DNA of 40,009 nucleotides, the filler included, from an uncultured virus (IMG/VR IMGVR_UViG_2502082094_000001) (lineage: Duplodnaviria > Heunggongvirae > Uroviricota > Caudoviricetes). It is 6 parts of one record of this genome, joined end to end, with 100 filler letters (N's around TTAATTAATTAA, not from the genome) between each part and the next. Parts side by side here need not be neighbours in the genome. Positions count along the whole stretch, not along the records: positions 24,960 to 32,836 come from IMGVR_UViG_2502082094_000001; positions 32,937 to 40,009 come from IMGVR_UViG_2502082094_000001; 4 more parts are not named here. One strand, 5' to 3'. Made by a program: the position numbers and the translations under genes. This document shows positions 26,135 through 35,796 of this stretch, piece by piece. The notes below the pieces were generated by a model that was not told the DNA's origin, made no database searches, and worked only from the letters and a program-made list of their open reading frames with translations. The stretch's first letter is position 1; the number at the start of each line of letters is the position of its first letter.

Positions 26135-27354
26135 AGTACGAACTGTTCTGCGGTTATGCTCTTGCTAGCTGATGACACAACTTCCCCGCTTATAATTGCC
26201 TCTACGATTACCTCATATTCACCTGATGTAGCATATCTATGAGTTACTTCTCTACCGTTCAGAGTTATACCGTCACCCATATCCCATCTCAAAGTACTTG
26301 CTTCAGATAAATTGCTCCCCTGCACACTAGCATTGAAGTCTTGTTGGTTACTAACAGAGTCTGGTGAGCTTATTCTATCTACTATTACATTAGGGAAGCT
26401 GACCTGTACTTCTAGGTTATCATCGTACCCAGTATCAGATACAGCAGTTAGAGTGTAATTACCCTCTTCATCATATGCGTAAGAAACACTATTTGATTGA
26501 GTTGTTCTAGATTCCCCATCTCCAAAGTTCCATGTTATATTACTTACTTGGCTTAAATTCTCACCAGTAGCATTCCATGTAGCTTCATTACCTACGTTAA
26601 GCTCTACAGGGCCAACTAGCCCAAACGGAACCAAACTTACATCTATCTCCTTCGACGCCGAGTACCCTCTCTCTGTATCAACTGTTATAGTATAGTCTCC
26701 AGTCTGATTATATGAGTGTGTTACTGCTCTTCCTGTGTATGTGCTTCCGTCTCCCATGTCCCACGAAACACTCCCTATGGAACCTTCTCCAACTGTGCTT
26801 ATTTCCCACCTGTATTCTTCATTTATATTTACTTCTGACTGCCCGCTTACGTTTACTGTAAGCGTTTTACAATCAGATCTGTTTACAGGTACTTCTAACT
26901 CATTGCTGTATGTAGCTGCCAGTAGTATTTCAGACATTGTAAAATTGATTTTTGCTCTTACTTTACCATCCTGGCACACTTCTTGTACCACGTTTCTAAG
27001 AAAGTCACCATCCCGTTCAAACTTAATGTTAATTGTTTCTGTGGACCCACCACTTATTGAGCCTATAGACTGTGGTTCTTCTATTGTACCTACGGTTAAC
27101 GATGATTGGTTCTTTATAAGCTCTACTTTAGCCCCTGTAATCCTAGTACTTCTTGTTGGCAACAACCCTGTGTTAGTAACGTCTATAGCAAATGTTCCAT
27201 CTATTGTAGGGACAGTACCTGATGTATCTATGTTTGCTTGCTCAAACCTAGGATTATCTATTACTGTAGTAAGAACTATAGACGGTCTGGGTTGTATCTC
27301 ATTCTCAGTAGTCACCCCTGTAAGTTTTTTCCTTGCTCCTGATATTAGATCCAT
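26131..27354 (-). CDS. Ig/PKD-domain protein 3 (three PKD repeats)
   Basis: WDMGDG, WNFGDG, WDMGDG repeats; N-domain VTNTGLLP. Confidence 0.85.
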   Translation of the reverse strand: MDLISGARKKLTGVTTENEIQPRPSIVLTTVIDNPRFEQANIDTSGTVPTIDGTFAIDVTNTGLLPTRSTRITGAKVELIKNQSSLTVGTIEEPQSIGSISGGSTETINIKFERDGDFLRNVVQEVCQDGKVRAKINFTMSEILLAATYSNELEVPVNRSDCKTLTVNVSGQSEVNINEEYRWEISTVGEGSIGSVSWDMGDGSTYTGRAVTHSYNQTGDYTITVDTERGYSASKEIDVSLVPFGLVGPVELNVGNEATWNATGENLSQVSNITWNFGDGESRTTQSNSVSYAYDEEGNYTLTAVSDTGYDDNLEVQVSFPNVIVDRISSPDSVSNQQDFNASVQGSNLSEASTLRWDMGDGITLNGREVTHRYATSGEYEVIVEAIISGEVVSSASKSITAEQFVL

Positions 27355-27465
27355 AATGCTTTACTCGTTTTGAGGTTATAAAAGACAACGGAAGCCAGAT
27401 TTAAATACGTTTGTGTCATATTATGATTAACAGCAGAGTGAAGGTAACAACTCATCAGACTGAAC

Positions 27466-27690
27466 ATGACAAACAGAGATACAACTGAAGAAGAATTGAA
27501 AAGTAAGCCTGATGAATACGACAGCTGGTCTCACCAAGAGCCGGGTTTACCAGACTGGGAAAAGTATATGGGGTTAATTAAGGAAAAGACAGAAGATGGT
27601 GATGTTGAAAGGCTTACTATATCTATCAATATGGTAGACTCAGCATATATATCATCTACTGTTTCAGTTCCTTTAGAAAATTGGGAATAA
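27466..27690 (+). CDS. hypothetical protein
   Basis: ORF track. Confidence 0.5.
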   Translation: MTNRDTTEEELKSKPDEYDSWSHQEPGLPDWEKYMGLIKEKTEDGDVERLTISINMVDSAYISSTVSVPLENWE

Positions 27691-27866
27691 TGGGTTCGTG
27701 TTACCGGAGCCCACCATACGTACTTTATTTCGTAGATGTACGAGTAGCTGAAAATCAGTTACAGGCGCTAATACGCCGGTTTTGATATTGAGAATTGGCC
27801 AGATCCGCCAGTACCGCATATATACATACATGGTATGGGGTACAACGTAGCCCACACGTCACTCCC
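27683..27866 (-). ncRNA. candidate multibranched RNA, about 185 nt
   Basis: closing stem GGGAGTGA/TTATTCCC, inner stem TACCATGT/GTATGGTG, several hairpins; TTATAAAG about 25 nt upstream. Confidence 0.45.
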
Positions 27867-27921
27867 ATAAAGTGTATGTCAAACTTTATAATTCAGGGAC
27901 GCATAGCCCATGTAAGGCAGT

Positions 27922-28719
27922 ATGACAGCACTTAATCTTAGTGTTTCACAGCGCAGGGTGAACAGTTTTAGCGCTACATTAGAGAATGGGACCATGAGTG
28001 TTGGTGGAGAGTATGAATTTAAAGTGAGCAATGACGGGCTAATCCCTATAGGCAAGATAAATATAAGAATAGATGATGTTAGCATATCTGAGCCTGAGGC
28101 ACTGTTAATATCTGATGAGAATAAATCCATAGGCAGGCTTTCTCCACTATCCACTCAAACCGTCACCGTGGAGTTTAACGAAGAATTTGAAGACTCAGAA
28201 GTTATTGAACAGGCCAGATCAATATGTGAAAACAAAACTATACCACTTTCTACTAGCTCACTATTAAGAGGCAGAGTGTTTAATGTAAATGCTTCTAGCA
28301 GTGGAGAGTATAATGTGCTTAGTCTAGACTGTGATCTAACGCCAACAAGCCCGTCTTTACCTGAACCCGAGCCAAGCCCTGGACAGCCTTCTCAACCACC
28401 CGATAGCGGCCAAGGGCAACAAGAAAATGACCGCTTGTCTGGGCCAAGTGTTATAACTGTAAATACTACAGAGCAATATGTCTGGTCTGACTTTGATGAT
28501 TCTACGGTAACATTCAACTGGGCATTGTTAAGTGAAAGATCAGACCCAAACCCAGATGCTACTGAACTTGCGTTAGCTGATGAAGAAATATCTAATGAGC
28601 TAACTTTAAGTCTCACTTCACAGGTACAGGGTGACTTCTTAATTGTAATTGAGGCATACAACGCTAACCAAGAGCTAGCAGACAGCGTACAAAAAGTAGT
28701 TTCAGTTGTAGCTCAATGA
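27922..28719 (+). CDS. Ig-like protein 4 (same N-domain, Pro-rich linker)
   Basis: VSNDGLIP N-domain, PEPEPSP linker, Ig-like C-terminus. Confidence 0.7.
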   Translation: MTALNLSVSQRRVNSFSATLENGTMSVGGEYEFKVSNDGLIPIGKINIRIDDVSISEPEALLISDENKSIGRLSPLSTQTVTVEFNEEFEDSEVIEQARSICENKTIPLSTSSLLRGRVFNVNASSSGEYNVLSLDCDLTPTSPSLPEPEPSPGQPSQPPDSGQGQQENDRLSGPSVITVNTTEQYVWSDFDDSTVTFNWALLSERSDPNPDATELALADEEISNELTLSLTSQVQGDFLIVIEAYNANQELADSVQKVVSVVAQ

Positions 28720-28724
28720 TAAAT

Positions 28725-29204
28725 CTAGTTGAAGCGTCTTTCTGGATCCTCGTCTTGGACTAGTACTTCAAACTGCCATGTGTCTCTAGCGGGGCGCGTT
28801 TTAAGTACTTCTTCAGTTTGTACGTCAAAGTCATCTACCAGTATAGAAGTAAAACCGCTGCCGGACTCCATTAGCGACTTAAACCTAGCTTGGTTCTTGA
28901 ACGAGGAGTTTACGTTAACTGTGTATAGTACTCCGTCGTCTCTCACTTCGCTATCTACAATTTCGGTTTCTGATCCGAGCGGTAAAGCGTAGTCATCGAG
29001 TAATGTTGAAGTAGCAGCAAGTATCGCTCCTGCGAGCGTGCCACCTTTCAGTCTATCAGTTTCCCACGTAGGCGTTACAGTAACTACTGCGCTTTCAGTT
29101 TTTAACCGTAACTTTCTTCCGAGTCTTGTTCTAGCATTAATGAAGTTACTGAGTCTATCCCCTATCTGAAGTCGGCTTCCAATACTGTAACTTGGTAGCT
29201 CCAT
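28725..29204 (-). CDS. hypothetical protein
   Basis: ORF track. Confidence 0.65.
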   Translation of the reverse strand: MELPSYSIGSRLQIGDRLSNFINARTRLGRKLRLKTESAVVTVTPTWETDRLKGGTLAGAILAATSTLLDDYALPLGSETEIVDSEVRDDGVLYTVNVNSSFKNQARFKSLMESGSGFTSILVDDFDVQTEEVLKTRPARDTWQFEVLVQDEDPERRFN

Positions 29205-29245
29205 GTTCGTATCTTACACCCCGGATGTATAAATTTACCCCAAAG

Positions 29246-30493
29246 CTATAGTTCTTCGGTTTCTTCTTTATCGAAACTGTACAAGAAATTATTGCTTTCG
29301 TTTCTAGTTACATGTCTTCTCAATTGTGCTCTGTACTGTGAGCTGTAGCTAGACTTAATCTTATATCCGGGGAATGTGTCAGGGAATGGGTTATCCGAAG
29401 TAAGCATCTCGCTAAGTATTTCATCTATTGATCCAGGCAGAAATCCAGGATTTAATGAACTGGATGTGTTTACTATTTCAATATATAGACTTAGTCTAGT
29501 TACACCTGGAGTTGCGTTTGATGCTGCCCACGGGCCGGTGACTGCTACTCTGCCCATTTCTATATCTACTGGTCTTGGTTCGTCTATTGGCACTGGAGAT
29601 CTGTCAAACGCTTGTTCAACAGCATCAGGGAACCGAGCGTTTACTGCACTAGGTATATCCTCAAACTGGTTGAAGTCTGTAATGCCTGCTTTTTCTTGTG
29701 ATTGTATACCAGTATCACCCTCAGATCCAACATCACCAGACTCATCTATGTCACCTTGAAACTCATCCATTTCACTACTCCCACCCGAAGACTCAGTACT
29801 GTCTATATCAGTGTCATCTGGTATTACGTCATCTAGAGTTTGAGGTAAGTCATCAGGCTCATCTGTATCATCCACACTATCATCTGTATCTTCATCACTT
29901 TCGGTTGTAGATGCTTCGTCCGGATCTCCAGGCCCATAGACAATACCTATTGGATTGTTCCAGAGGTTCTCATTGCCCTCGTATGAAGCAGTAATTCTCA
30001 GAAATGTTCTTGTTCTAAACTCCTCTGGAACGTTAAACTCGTACTCATCTGCATCTACTTCCTCTGTTCTATACCGTTCTACAAGCCCTAGATCTTCAAG
30101 TACTAGTAAGTAGCGGTACATAGAGTCGTATGTTCCAGGAGATCTGCTATATGTGCTTACATTCTCGAAGTCACTTGTTACCGACTCTAAATACTTTAAA
30201 AAGTACTGATAGCCATGCCATGTATTGTTTATGTAATCATCTCCTTTCTGGTTAAGCCACCCATGTATCCATCTACCTTTTATTGGCACAGCTGCTCCTC
30301 GTATGTCTGAGTTTAATGAGGAGTCTATTATGTCGTCAGCTAAGTCTCTCTCAAACGAATATATCGGTCTTGGGTCTACTGTTCGTCGTTTTCCGTCTAT
30401 GTCTACTTCTATTCTTTGCTCTTCACCTGAATTTACTACAAACTGCGACAGCTGTACTATGGCATCTTCTTCATTAAACTCCTCACCAGCCAT
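29246..30493 (-). CDS. two-domain protein with acidic linker, possible winged helix
   Basis: MYRYLLVLEDLGLVER wHTH-like segment; Asp-rich linker. Confidence 0.65.
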   Translation of the reverse strand: MAGEEFNEEDAIVQLSQFVVNSGEEQRIEVDIDGKRRTVDPRPIYSFERDLADDIIDSSLNSDIRGAAVPIKGRWIHGWLNQKGDDYINNTWHGYQYFLKYLESVTSDFENVSTYSRSPGTYDSMYRYLLVLEDLGLVERYRTEEVDADEYEFNVPEEFRTRTFLRITASYEGNENLWNNPIGIVYGPGDPDEASTTESDEDTDDSVDDTDEPDDLPQTLDDVIPDDTDIDSTESSGGSSEMDEFQGDIDESGDVGSEGDTGIQSQEKAGITDFNQFEDIPSAVNARFPDAVEQAFDRSPVPIDEPRPVDIEMGRVAVTGPWAASNATPGVTRLSLYIEIVNTSSSLNPGFLPGSIDEILSEMLTSDNPFPDTFPGYKIKSSYSSQYRAQLRRHVTRNESNNFLYSFDKEETEEL

Positions 30494-30693
30494 TATATTG
30501 GCGTTGTTCCTACTACTGTAAGAGCATCATTCTTTTTCTTCTCGTTTGCGTGCTCAATACAGAACGGTATGACCTCTTTCTCTAAACCACGAAGGGGGAG
30601 CTTTTTGAACTTTACGTTTCTATCAGCTTCTCTGTTACAGAAAAGCTGGCTACAATCTTTCTGTTTAACTCTTTTGGGATCTTTTGATTTCAT
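30493..30693 (-). CDS. small basic zinc-finger protein
   Basis: CSQLFC...FCIEH. Confidence 0.5.
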   Translation of the reverse strand: MKSKDPKRVKQKDCSQLFCNREADRNVKFKKLPLRGLEKEVIPFCIEHANEKKKNDALTVVGTTPI

Positions 30694-30694
30694 A

Positions 30695-31156
30695 CTATTT
30701 TTGTCCTCTATCAGCAACGTCCACAACTACCTCCCATGTGCTAAATGTGGCTCTTTGCTTTAACTCCTCTATCGAAACTATAGGCGTATCTGAAGCTAGG
30801 AAGTCAACATTACTAGGAGCGGAGACCTCATACTTAGCAACGAACTCAGCTACGTTCTTGCTTGCCGCGTTTATTCTCACAGTATGCCTTTCAAACTGGT
30901 CCCTCACATCCACCCCGTGGGATATAACGCTGTAACCTGGTTGCTTTATCCCTGGAATGGGGAGTACAGCAAGTTGGCCAGTTGATATGGCATAGTATCC
31001 AGCTACACCTGCTGCAGTCCCTCCTCCCACATTACCTAATGGCCCACTTGGTATTTTGTCTAGACCATTTTCAACTACATCTCTTACTGGCCTAGATCTT
31101 TCTTCATCCTGAATCTGTTCCTCTATTGTGTCTAGCGGACCCTCGCTTTCTGCCAT
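30695..31156 (-). CDS. hypothetical protein with Gly/Ala hydrophobic segment
   Basis: GGGTAAGVAGYYAI; C-domain resembles 28725. Confidence 0.65.
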   Translation of the reverse strand: MAESEGPLDTIEEQIQDEERSRPVRDVVENGLDKIPSGPLGNVGGGTAAGVAGYYAISTGQLAVLPIPGIKQPGYSVISHGVDVRDQFERHTVRINAASKNVAEFVAKYEVSAPSNVDFLASDTPIVSIEELKQRATFSTWEVVVDVADRGQK

Positions 31157-31221
31157 AATCTATATACTCACTACGCAGTACAACGCCAAGCTATATAAAT
31201 TCACGTATCATACTACATTGT

Positions 31222-31887
31222 ATGACACTATCACGAAGGTTCGTAGACAAAGTAGCAATATGTAGCAGCAGGCTATCATCAAATAACTACTTCAGTGTAT
31301 CTGCAAAAGACGTAGAAGCCACAGATATAGAGGCTGGAGATCAAGTTAGGGTGGTACTGATACGTACTGATCTTGATGGAGACATTAAACCACGGGATAG
31401 AGCTGTATACCAGAATACGCTTCAAAAGTCAAATCAGATATATGTGCCTAAGGATGCTAGGGATAAGCTTGACTTACAAGATGGAGACATAATCAAGTAT
31501 ATAGTTATACCTAAGAAAGCTTTCCCAGGTGTGATGGACGGACCTCTTAGGGAAAGATTTGGCGACATTCTTGAAGGCAGTGTAGGTAGTGATGATGAAA
31601 CCGAATCTCAAGAGCAAACCCGCCCGAGCAGAGATACCACAAGTGCAGAGTTCTCAGCCTCAATGCAAAAGACAGGACAGATCACCGTACCCAAAAGCGT
31701 AAGAGAAGATATGGGCCTTATACAAGGTGATACTGTACTTGCTACAATCAAGTGGCAGGGGGACGATATATCTGCTAATAAGGACATTGGTAGCGGCAAC
31801 AGAATTATAATTACAAAAGACCAGCGTGACGAACTAGGGCTTGAACCAGGTGACGAGCCTACTATAAGACTAGCGGTGTTTGGATAA
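31222..31887 (+). CDS. multi-AbrB/SpoVT-domain DNA-binding protein
   Basis: QIYVPKDARDKLDLQDGD, GQITVPKSVREDMGLIQGD, RIIITKDQRDELGLEPGD. Confidence 0.85.
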   Translation: MTLSRRFVDKVAICSSRLSSNNYFSVSAKDVEATDIEAGDQVRVVLIRTDLDGDIKPRDRAVYQNTLQKSNQIYVPKDARDKLDLQDGDIIKYIVIPKKAFPGVMDGPLRERFGDILEGSVGSDDETESQEQTRPSRDTTSAEFSASMQKTGQITVPKSVREDMGLIQGDTVLATIKWQGDDISANKDIGSGNRIIITKDQRDELGLEPGDEPTIRLAVFG

Positions 31888-32201
31888 TGCCTGAAGGGCC
31901 AGGAGGAGGTCCAAGACCGCTTGCTTCATCATCACTTAATATTGAAATAGAAATAAATGCTCCAGATGAAGATCCAGACGAAATGCTAATCCAAGGTCTA
32001 ACATCTAGGTTTAGATACGTTGATAGTATAAGCATAAGTGAAGAAGTAGAAACAGTTGGCGGTGAAGCATTTGATAAAGTAGTAATTGAAGTGCTGTTTG
32101 AAAGCAATGAGGTAGAACTTGTATCAGTCAACGATGTAGTTAGTGATGTAGAGTACGCACTTGGAGAAGAACGCATTGGAGTAACAATAGAGGCAATATA
32201 A
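31887..32201 (+). CDS. hypothetical protein
   Basis: ORF track, TAATG coupling. Confidence 0.6.
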   Translation: MPEGPGGGPRPLASSSLNIEIEINAPDEDPDEMLIQGLTSRFRYVDSISISEEVETVGGEAFDKVVIEVLFESNEVELVSVNDVVSDVEYALGEERIGVTIEAI

Positions 32202-32836
32202 TGGCTGAAGGGCCACTTGGCTTTCCGAGGCTTACTGATATAGGGCCATTTGCTACAGTAGGATCAGATGATATTAATGACGACAGAATCAAAAGAGCCG
32301 CTGATAAGTTCAAACCTAGGTTTAATATTGAAGACTCAAAAGGCAATGACCCATATCCAAAATGGGATAGAGCAGATACAAAAGAAAGTGGCGTTACTGG
32401 CTTGTGGATAAAGAACAAAGAAATTATGGTAATAGAACCAAGAAGTGGGAGGTTATCAAAGGTTCATACAGAGATAGCACAGGAGCTGTATGAAAGACTT
32501 GATTATAATGAACTTGAAGTTATGCCTTGGTCTACTGTGAAGACTAGAAGATCTATACGAGTAGACGAAGGTTGGCACGCAGATATAAATTCTGTAGGAG
32601 AAAGCATGAATAATGATTATGTGAGAGACATACTAAACATATCTACTACGACAGCTACTCCAAGCGATCTGTGGCCTGTAGTCTATACCCTGTGGCTCAC
32701 TAATCACCCATATAGCACTACAACAAGATATAATTATCTAGATGGTGAAGGAGAGGTGTTCCAGCTAGCAAGTGCGTATAGAGAGTTGTCATTCAGTCTT
32801 GGAGGACTGCCTGAACCTAAAATACGGAGGACAGAC
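32201..32836 (+). CDS. hypothetical protein, truncated by a gap
   Basis: N-terminus GPLGFPRLTDIGPF resembles a degenerate leader. Confidence 0.6.
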
Positions 32837-32995
32837 NNNNNNNNNNNNNNNNNNNNNNNNNNNNNNNNNNNNNNNNNNNNTTAATTAATTAANNNNNNNN
32901 NNNNNNNNNNNNNNNNNNNNNNNNNNNNNNNNNNNNAATCTATCAGATGTAAAATTAAAGCACTACAAGCAAGCCCACGGGATGTTGGAGTAAGT

Positions 32996-33301
32996 TTAGT
33001 CTGTGATAGCCTCTGCGTACCGTTGAGATATTTCTTCATCAAAGTCTACTTCAGCCATCCCAATCACATAATCTTCAGCGTTGAGAGAATCTGCCCATTT
33101 ACTCTCCACACCAAAGAATGCTCTCATAGGGATGTTAAACTTTTCAGATAAACCTCTAGCATACTCACTAGATCTTATAGATGCGTTCAGGCCCTGTACA
33201 TACTTTCTTTGTGTTTCAGGGTCTACTGATGCTGCCGCATACTCTCTGCCAACCTCGTAAAATGCTTGCCGTGCTTGAGGGGGAAGATCTTCAAATTCCA
33301 T
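32996..33301 (-). CDS. helical protein, paralog of 33341 (capsid candidate)
   Basis: MEFEDLP..KYVQGL..GLSEKFN..KW. Confidence 0.65.
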   Translation of the reverse strand: MEFEDLPPQARQAFYEVGREYAAASVDPETQRKYVQGLNASIRSSEYARGLSEKFNIPMRAFFGVESKWADSLNAEDYVIGMAEVDFDEEISQRYAEAITD

Positions 33302-33340
33302 TATCTAACCTTTCGTTAGGCAGAAAGTGGGTATGAACCT

Positions 33341-33661
33341 CTAACCCTCGGTCTCGGTCAGACCGATGACGAGGTTCTCCTTGAACTTCTGGGGGACGCC
33401 CGCTGCAGTGAGGGCTTCCTCCCAGTCGTCTGCGTCTGCGTTCTGTACATTGCTCTCCCACTTGTCGGAGAGACCAGAGAAGTCAGACGCATCCATGTTG
33501 AATTTACGAGCCAGACCCTCAGCGAACGTGTTATTGTCAACAGCCCGCTGGAGTCCGTCTACGTACTTTTGTCTGACAGCATCATCTACGCTGCCCTCGA
33601 AGTCACTTTCTGCTTGATCGAATACCTCCTGTGCGTCAGATGGAAGATCTTCGTATTCCAT
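33341..33661 (-). CDS. helical protein, major capsid candidate
   Basis: MEYEDLP..KYVDGL..GLARKFN..KW; GC-richer codons; own promoter CAAACCTTTATAAT near 33687-33700. Confidence 0.65.
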   Translation of the reverse strand: MEYEDLPSDAQEVFDQAESDFEGSVDDAVRQKYVDGLQRAVDNNTFAEGLARKFNMDASDFSGLSDKWESNVQNADADDWEEALTAAGVPQKFKENLVIGLTETEG

Positions 33662-33714
33662 TGCGGATATAGATATGTTCGTATGTATTATAAAGGTTTG
33701 TACTACATCTGTAA

Positions 33715-33963
33715 CTATGGATTAAAGATCCGCTTTACAGCCTCTCTGCCTGTAGTTGTAGAATCTTCATCTCGTACAAGGTCTTGAGGTTCTACATTTA
33801 CATCTCCAAAACTAACCCCATCAGAGTAAAGAAATCTTGAGTCATACAATACTATTCTTATTGCTTCACTTTTTGATACACCAAACTCATCTGCAAGCTT
33901 CTCAAGATACTCATTCTCCCTATCATTCAATCTAGCCTGTACGACATTATCTCTGCTAGACAT
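33715..33963 (-). CDS. ribbon-helix-helix regulator
   Basis: VVQARLNDRENEYLEKLADEFGVSKSEAIR. Confidence 0.8.
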   Translation of the reverse strand: MSSRDNVVQARLNDRENEYLEKLADEFGVSKSEAIRIVLYDSRFLYSDGVSFGDVNVEPQDLVRDEDSTTTGREAVKRIFNP

Positions 33964-34262
33964 TAAAGACCAGCCTCATCAAGCTTTTCCTGTATTTCTT
34001 CATTTGATAAGTTTGTAGCGGATCTGAAATAGTTTCTCATCATCTTCCGCTTATTTTCCTCTTTTGCTATGTTTTCGTACCAAGTCTCAGCTGTTTCGAG
34101 TATTGGATTATCTTCAGTATCTGTCTGTTCAGGTTCAGAGTCAACCTGCTCCGGTGATGTGTCTGTATTGTTTGGGTCTTCATCAAGCGTTTCATTATCC
34201 TCAGTTTCAGTATCGCTAAAATCTAATACCGGACCAAACGGTCTTTTGTCTTTTAACGGTCT
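33963..34262 (-). CDS. RP-leader protein, start lost in a gap
   Basis: manual translation RPLKDKRPFGPVLDFSDTE...EKLDEAGL*; not in the ORF track. Confidence 0.65.
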   Translation of the reverse strand, partial: RPLKDKRPFGPVLDFSDTETEDNETLDEDPNNTDTSPEQVDSEPEQTDTEDNPILETAETWYENIAKEENKRKMMRNYFRSATNLSNEEIQEKLDEAGL

Positions 34263-34339
34263 NNNNNNNNNNNNNNNNNNNNGCTAGGTATAAATGGTAA
34301 TGTGTTGAGCAGACTGACAGAAGTGAACTCGAAGACACA

Positions 34340-34615
34340 GTGTCAAAAGAAGTTATGGAAAAAGCGGCTAAAGGTGGTAATACAATAATAAAAGAAGTAA
34401 ACCTGTCAGTAAATACTGATCCAACTGCAGACGAAAGGAGAAGCGTGGTAGAGATGGGTACTTTAAATAAGGCCCAATATTTACAGCAATATGAAGTACA
34501 AACTAAGCTAGAGGAAATACCCCAAGGGCTAATAAACGCAATACATAACACCGTGGTAGAAATAGTAGGTGATCTAGAATACGATATAACAGGGACAAAG
34601 ACTACCGTAATCTAG
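34340..34615 (+). CDS. hypothetical protein, start uncertain
   Basis: ORF track. Confidence 0.45.
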   Translation: MSKEVMEKAAKGGNTIIKEVNLSVNTDPTADERRSVVEMGTLNKAQYLQQYEVQTKLEEIPQGLINAIHNTVVEIVGDLEYDITGTKTTVI

Positions 34616-35304
34616 TTGCTGAACGGGTTTATATTTGATCTTGAAGATACCTGAGTAACATATGTTATGTCAAAGTCAGACAACCCTAACTCGCTAGAAG
34701 CAATAACATGGAACGGTTTGCTTTTTATTCCGTTGCTGTACATCATTGTAGCTCGATTATTGCTTGCTTCTAGAACATATGCGTCATCTTGTGAAACTAC
34801 ATCAGGAGAACCTATACGGCGTACTTGATCTATTGTTGGGTCTAGTTCTTTAAAAGTAAACGCATCTTTTATTGTTGCTGTACCATACGAGCCTCTGCTT
34901 GGCATTTCGATTGCTAATGTCCCCCTTACTCTCTTTGATCTCACAGGAGGCTCGACACCTATAGCCTTGCTTTTAACGGTTACGTCAGACTTGATGTAGC
35001 ATACGTTATCAAGTATTTCGTCTTCAGTATTTCTTAACTTATCAAGCTCAGAAATAAATTCTTGAACTTGGGCAAGAGTTACTCTGTCCGAATTGAATAC
35101 TGTTTCTGTAGATACACCCATTTCTTTAAACTCAAAAACATCTAAGCCTACTACGTCGTTAGCCGCCATTACAGCGTAGTCTGATCTAACTTTAGTCCTT
35201 GTTCTAAATGACACTCTGGCACGAGAAGTAAGCAGTGGGGTAGTAGGCCCAGTGTTATCTACAGAGTATTGTTCTGGCATAGCTAGTGATTGAGCCCCGG
35301 ACAT
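34612..35304 (-). CDS. hypothetical protein
   Basis: 230-aa ORF. Confidence 0.65.
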   Translation of the reverse strand: MSGAQSLAMPEQYSVDNTGPTTPLLTSRARVSFRTRTKVRSDYAVMAANDVVGLDVFEFKEMGVSTETVFNSDRVTLAQVQEFISELDKLRNTEDEILDNVCYIKSDVTVKSKAIGVEPPVRSKRVRGTLAIEMPSRGSYGTATIKDAFTFKELDPTIDQVRRIGSPDVVSQDDAYVLEASNNRATMMYSNGIKSKPFHVIASSELGLSDFDITYVTQVSSRSNINPFSN

Positions 35305-35320
35305 ATAAATATATGTAATT

Positions 35321-35776
35321 CTAGGTCATATCGTCTATCGCTTCTATTACCTGCTTTGGGCTATCTACCCCTAACTTCTCCATAAGCATCTCCATGTCTG
35401 GGTCAGCCGTATTGTTTTCTGGCAGTATATCGCGTTGCTCTTCCGTAGCTAAGTGTCTATATTGGTCTGTAGTCTCTGGGCTCGCATGATCCACGTATTG
35501 GCCAGCTTCTTCAAGACTCGAATTGTTTGCCAGATCTGTTATCCTGCCATGTCTAAACTTATGTGGAGTAAGTTTATCCATATGCTCAAAGCCTCCAAAG
35601 GCGTGTTTGTAGGCTTTGTCTATATCTTTAATTCTGTTTTGAGCTGTCCGTGTGGTAAAGGGGAATATCTGACCGCTACTAATGTCTTTTGCTTTCATGT
35701 ACTCGTTAAGTATATCAATTAGCTCTTGTGGAACAGCGATCATATCCCGCTTATAGCCTTTACCTCCCTTCTTTAG
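35321..35776 (-). CDS. tyrosine recombinase (Xer/integrase family), C-terminal part
   Basis: TPHKFRHG (HxxR), DHASPETTDQY (H...Y); 5' end lost in gap. Confidence 0.9.
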   Translation of the reverse strand, partial: LKKGGKGYKRDMIAVPQELIDILNEYMKAKDISSGQIFPFTTRTAQNRIKDIDKAYKHAFGGFEHMDKLTPHKFRHGRITDLANNSSLEEAGQYVDHASPETTDQYRHLATEEQRDILPENNTADPDMEMLMEKLGVDSPKQVIEAIDDMT

Positions 35777-35796
35777 NNNNNNNNNNNNNNNNNNNN

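Noticed and set aside
29246..29650. Nucleotidyltransferase domain in the C-terminus of the 415-aa protein
   Set aside because: VAVTGPWA resembles the GS motif region, but the catalytic DxD is absent; not supportable.
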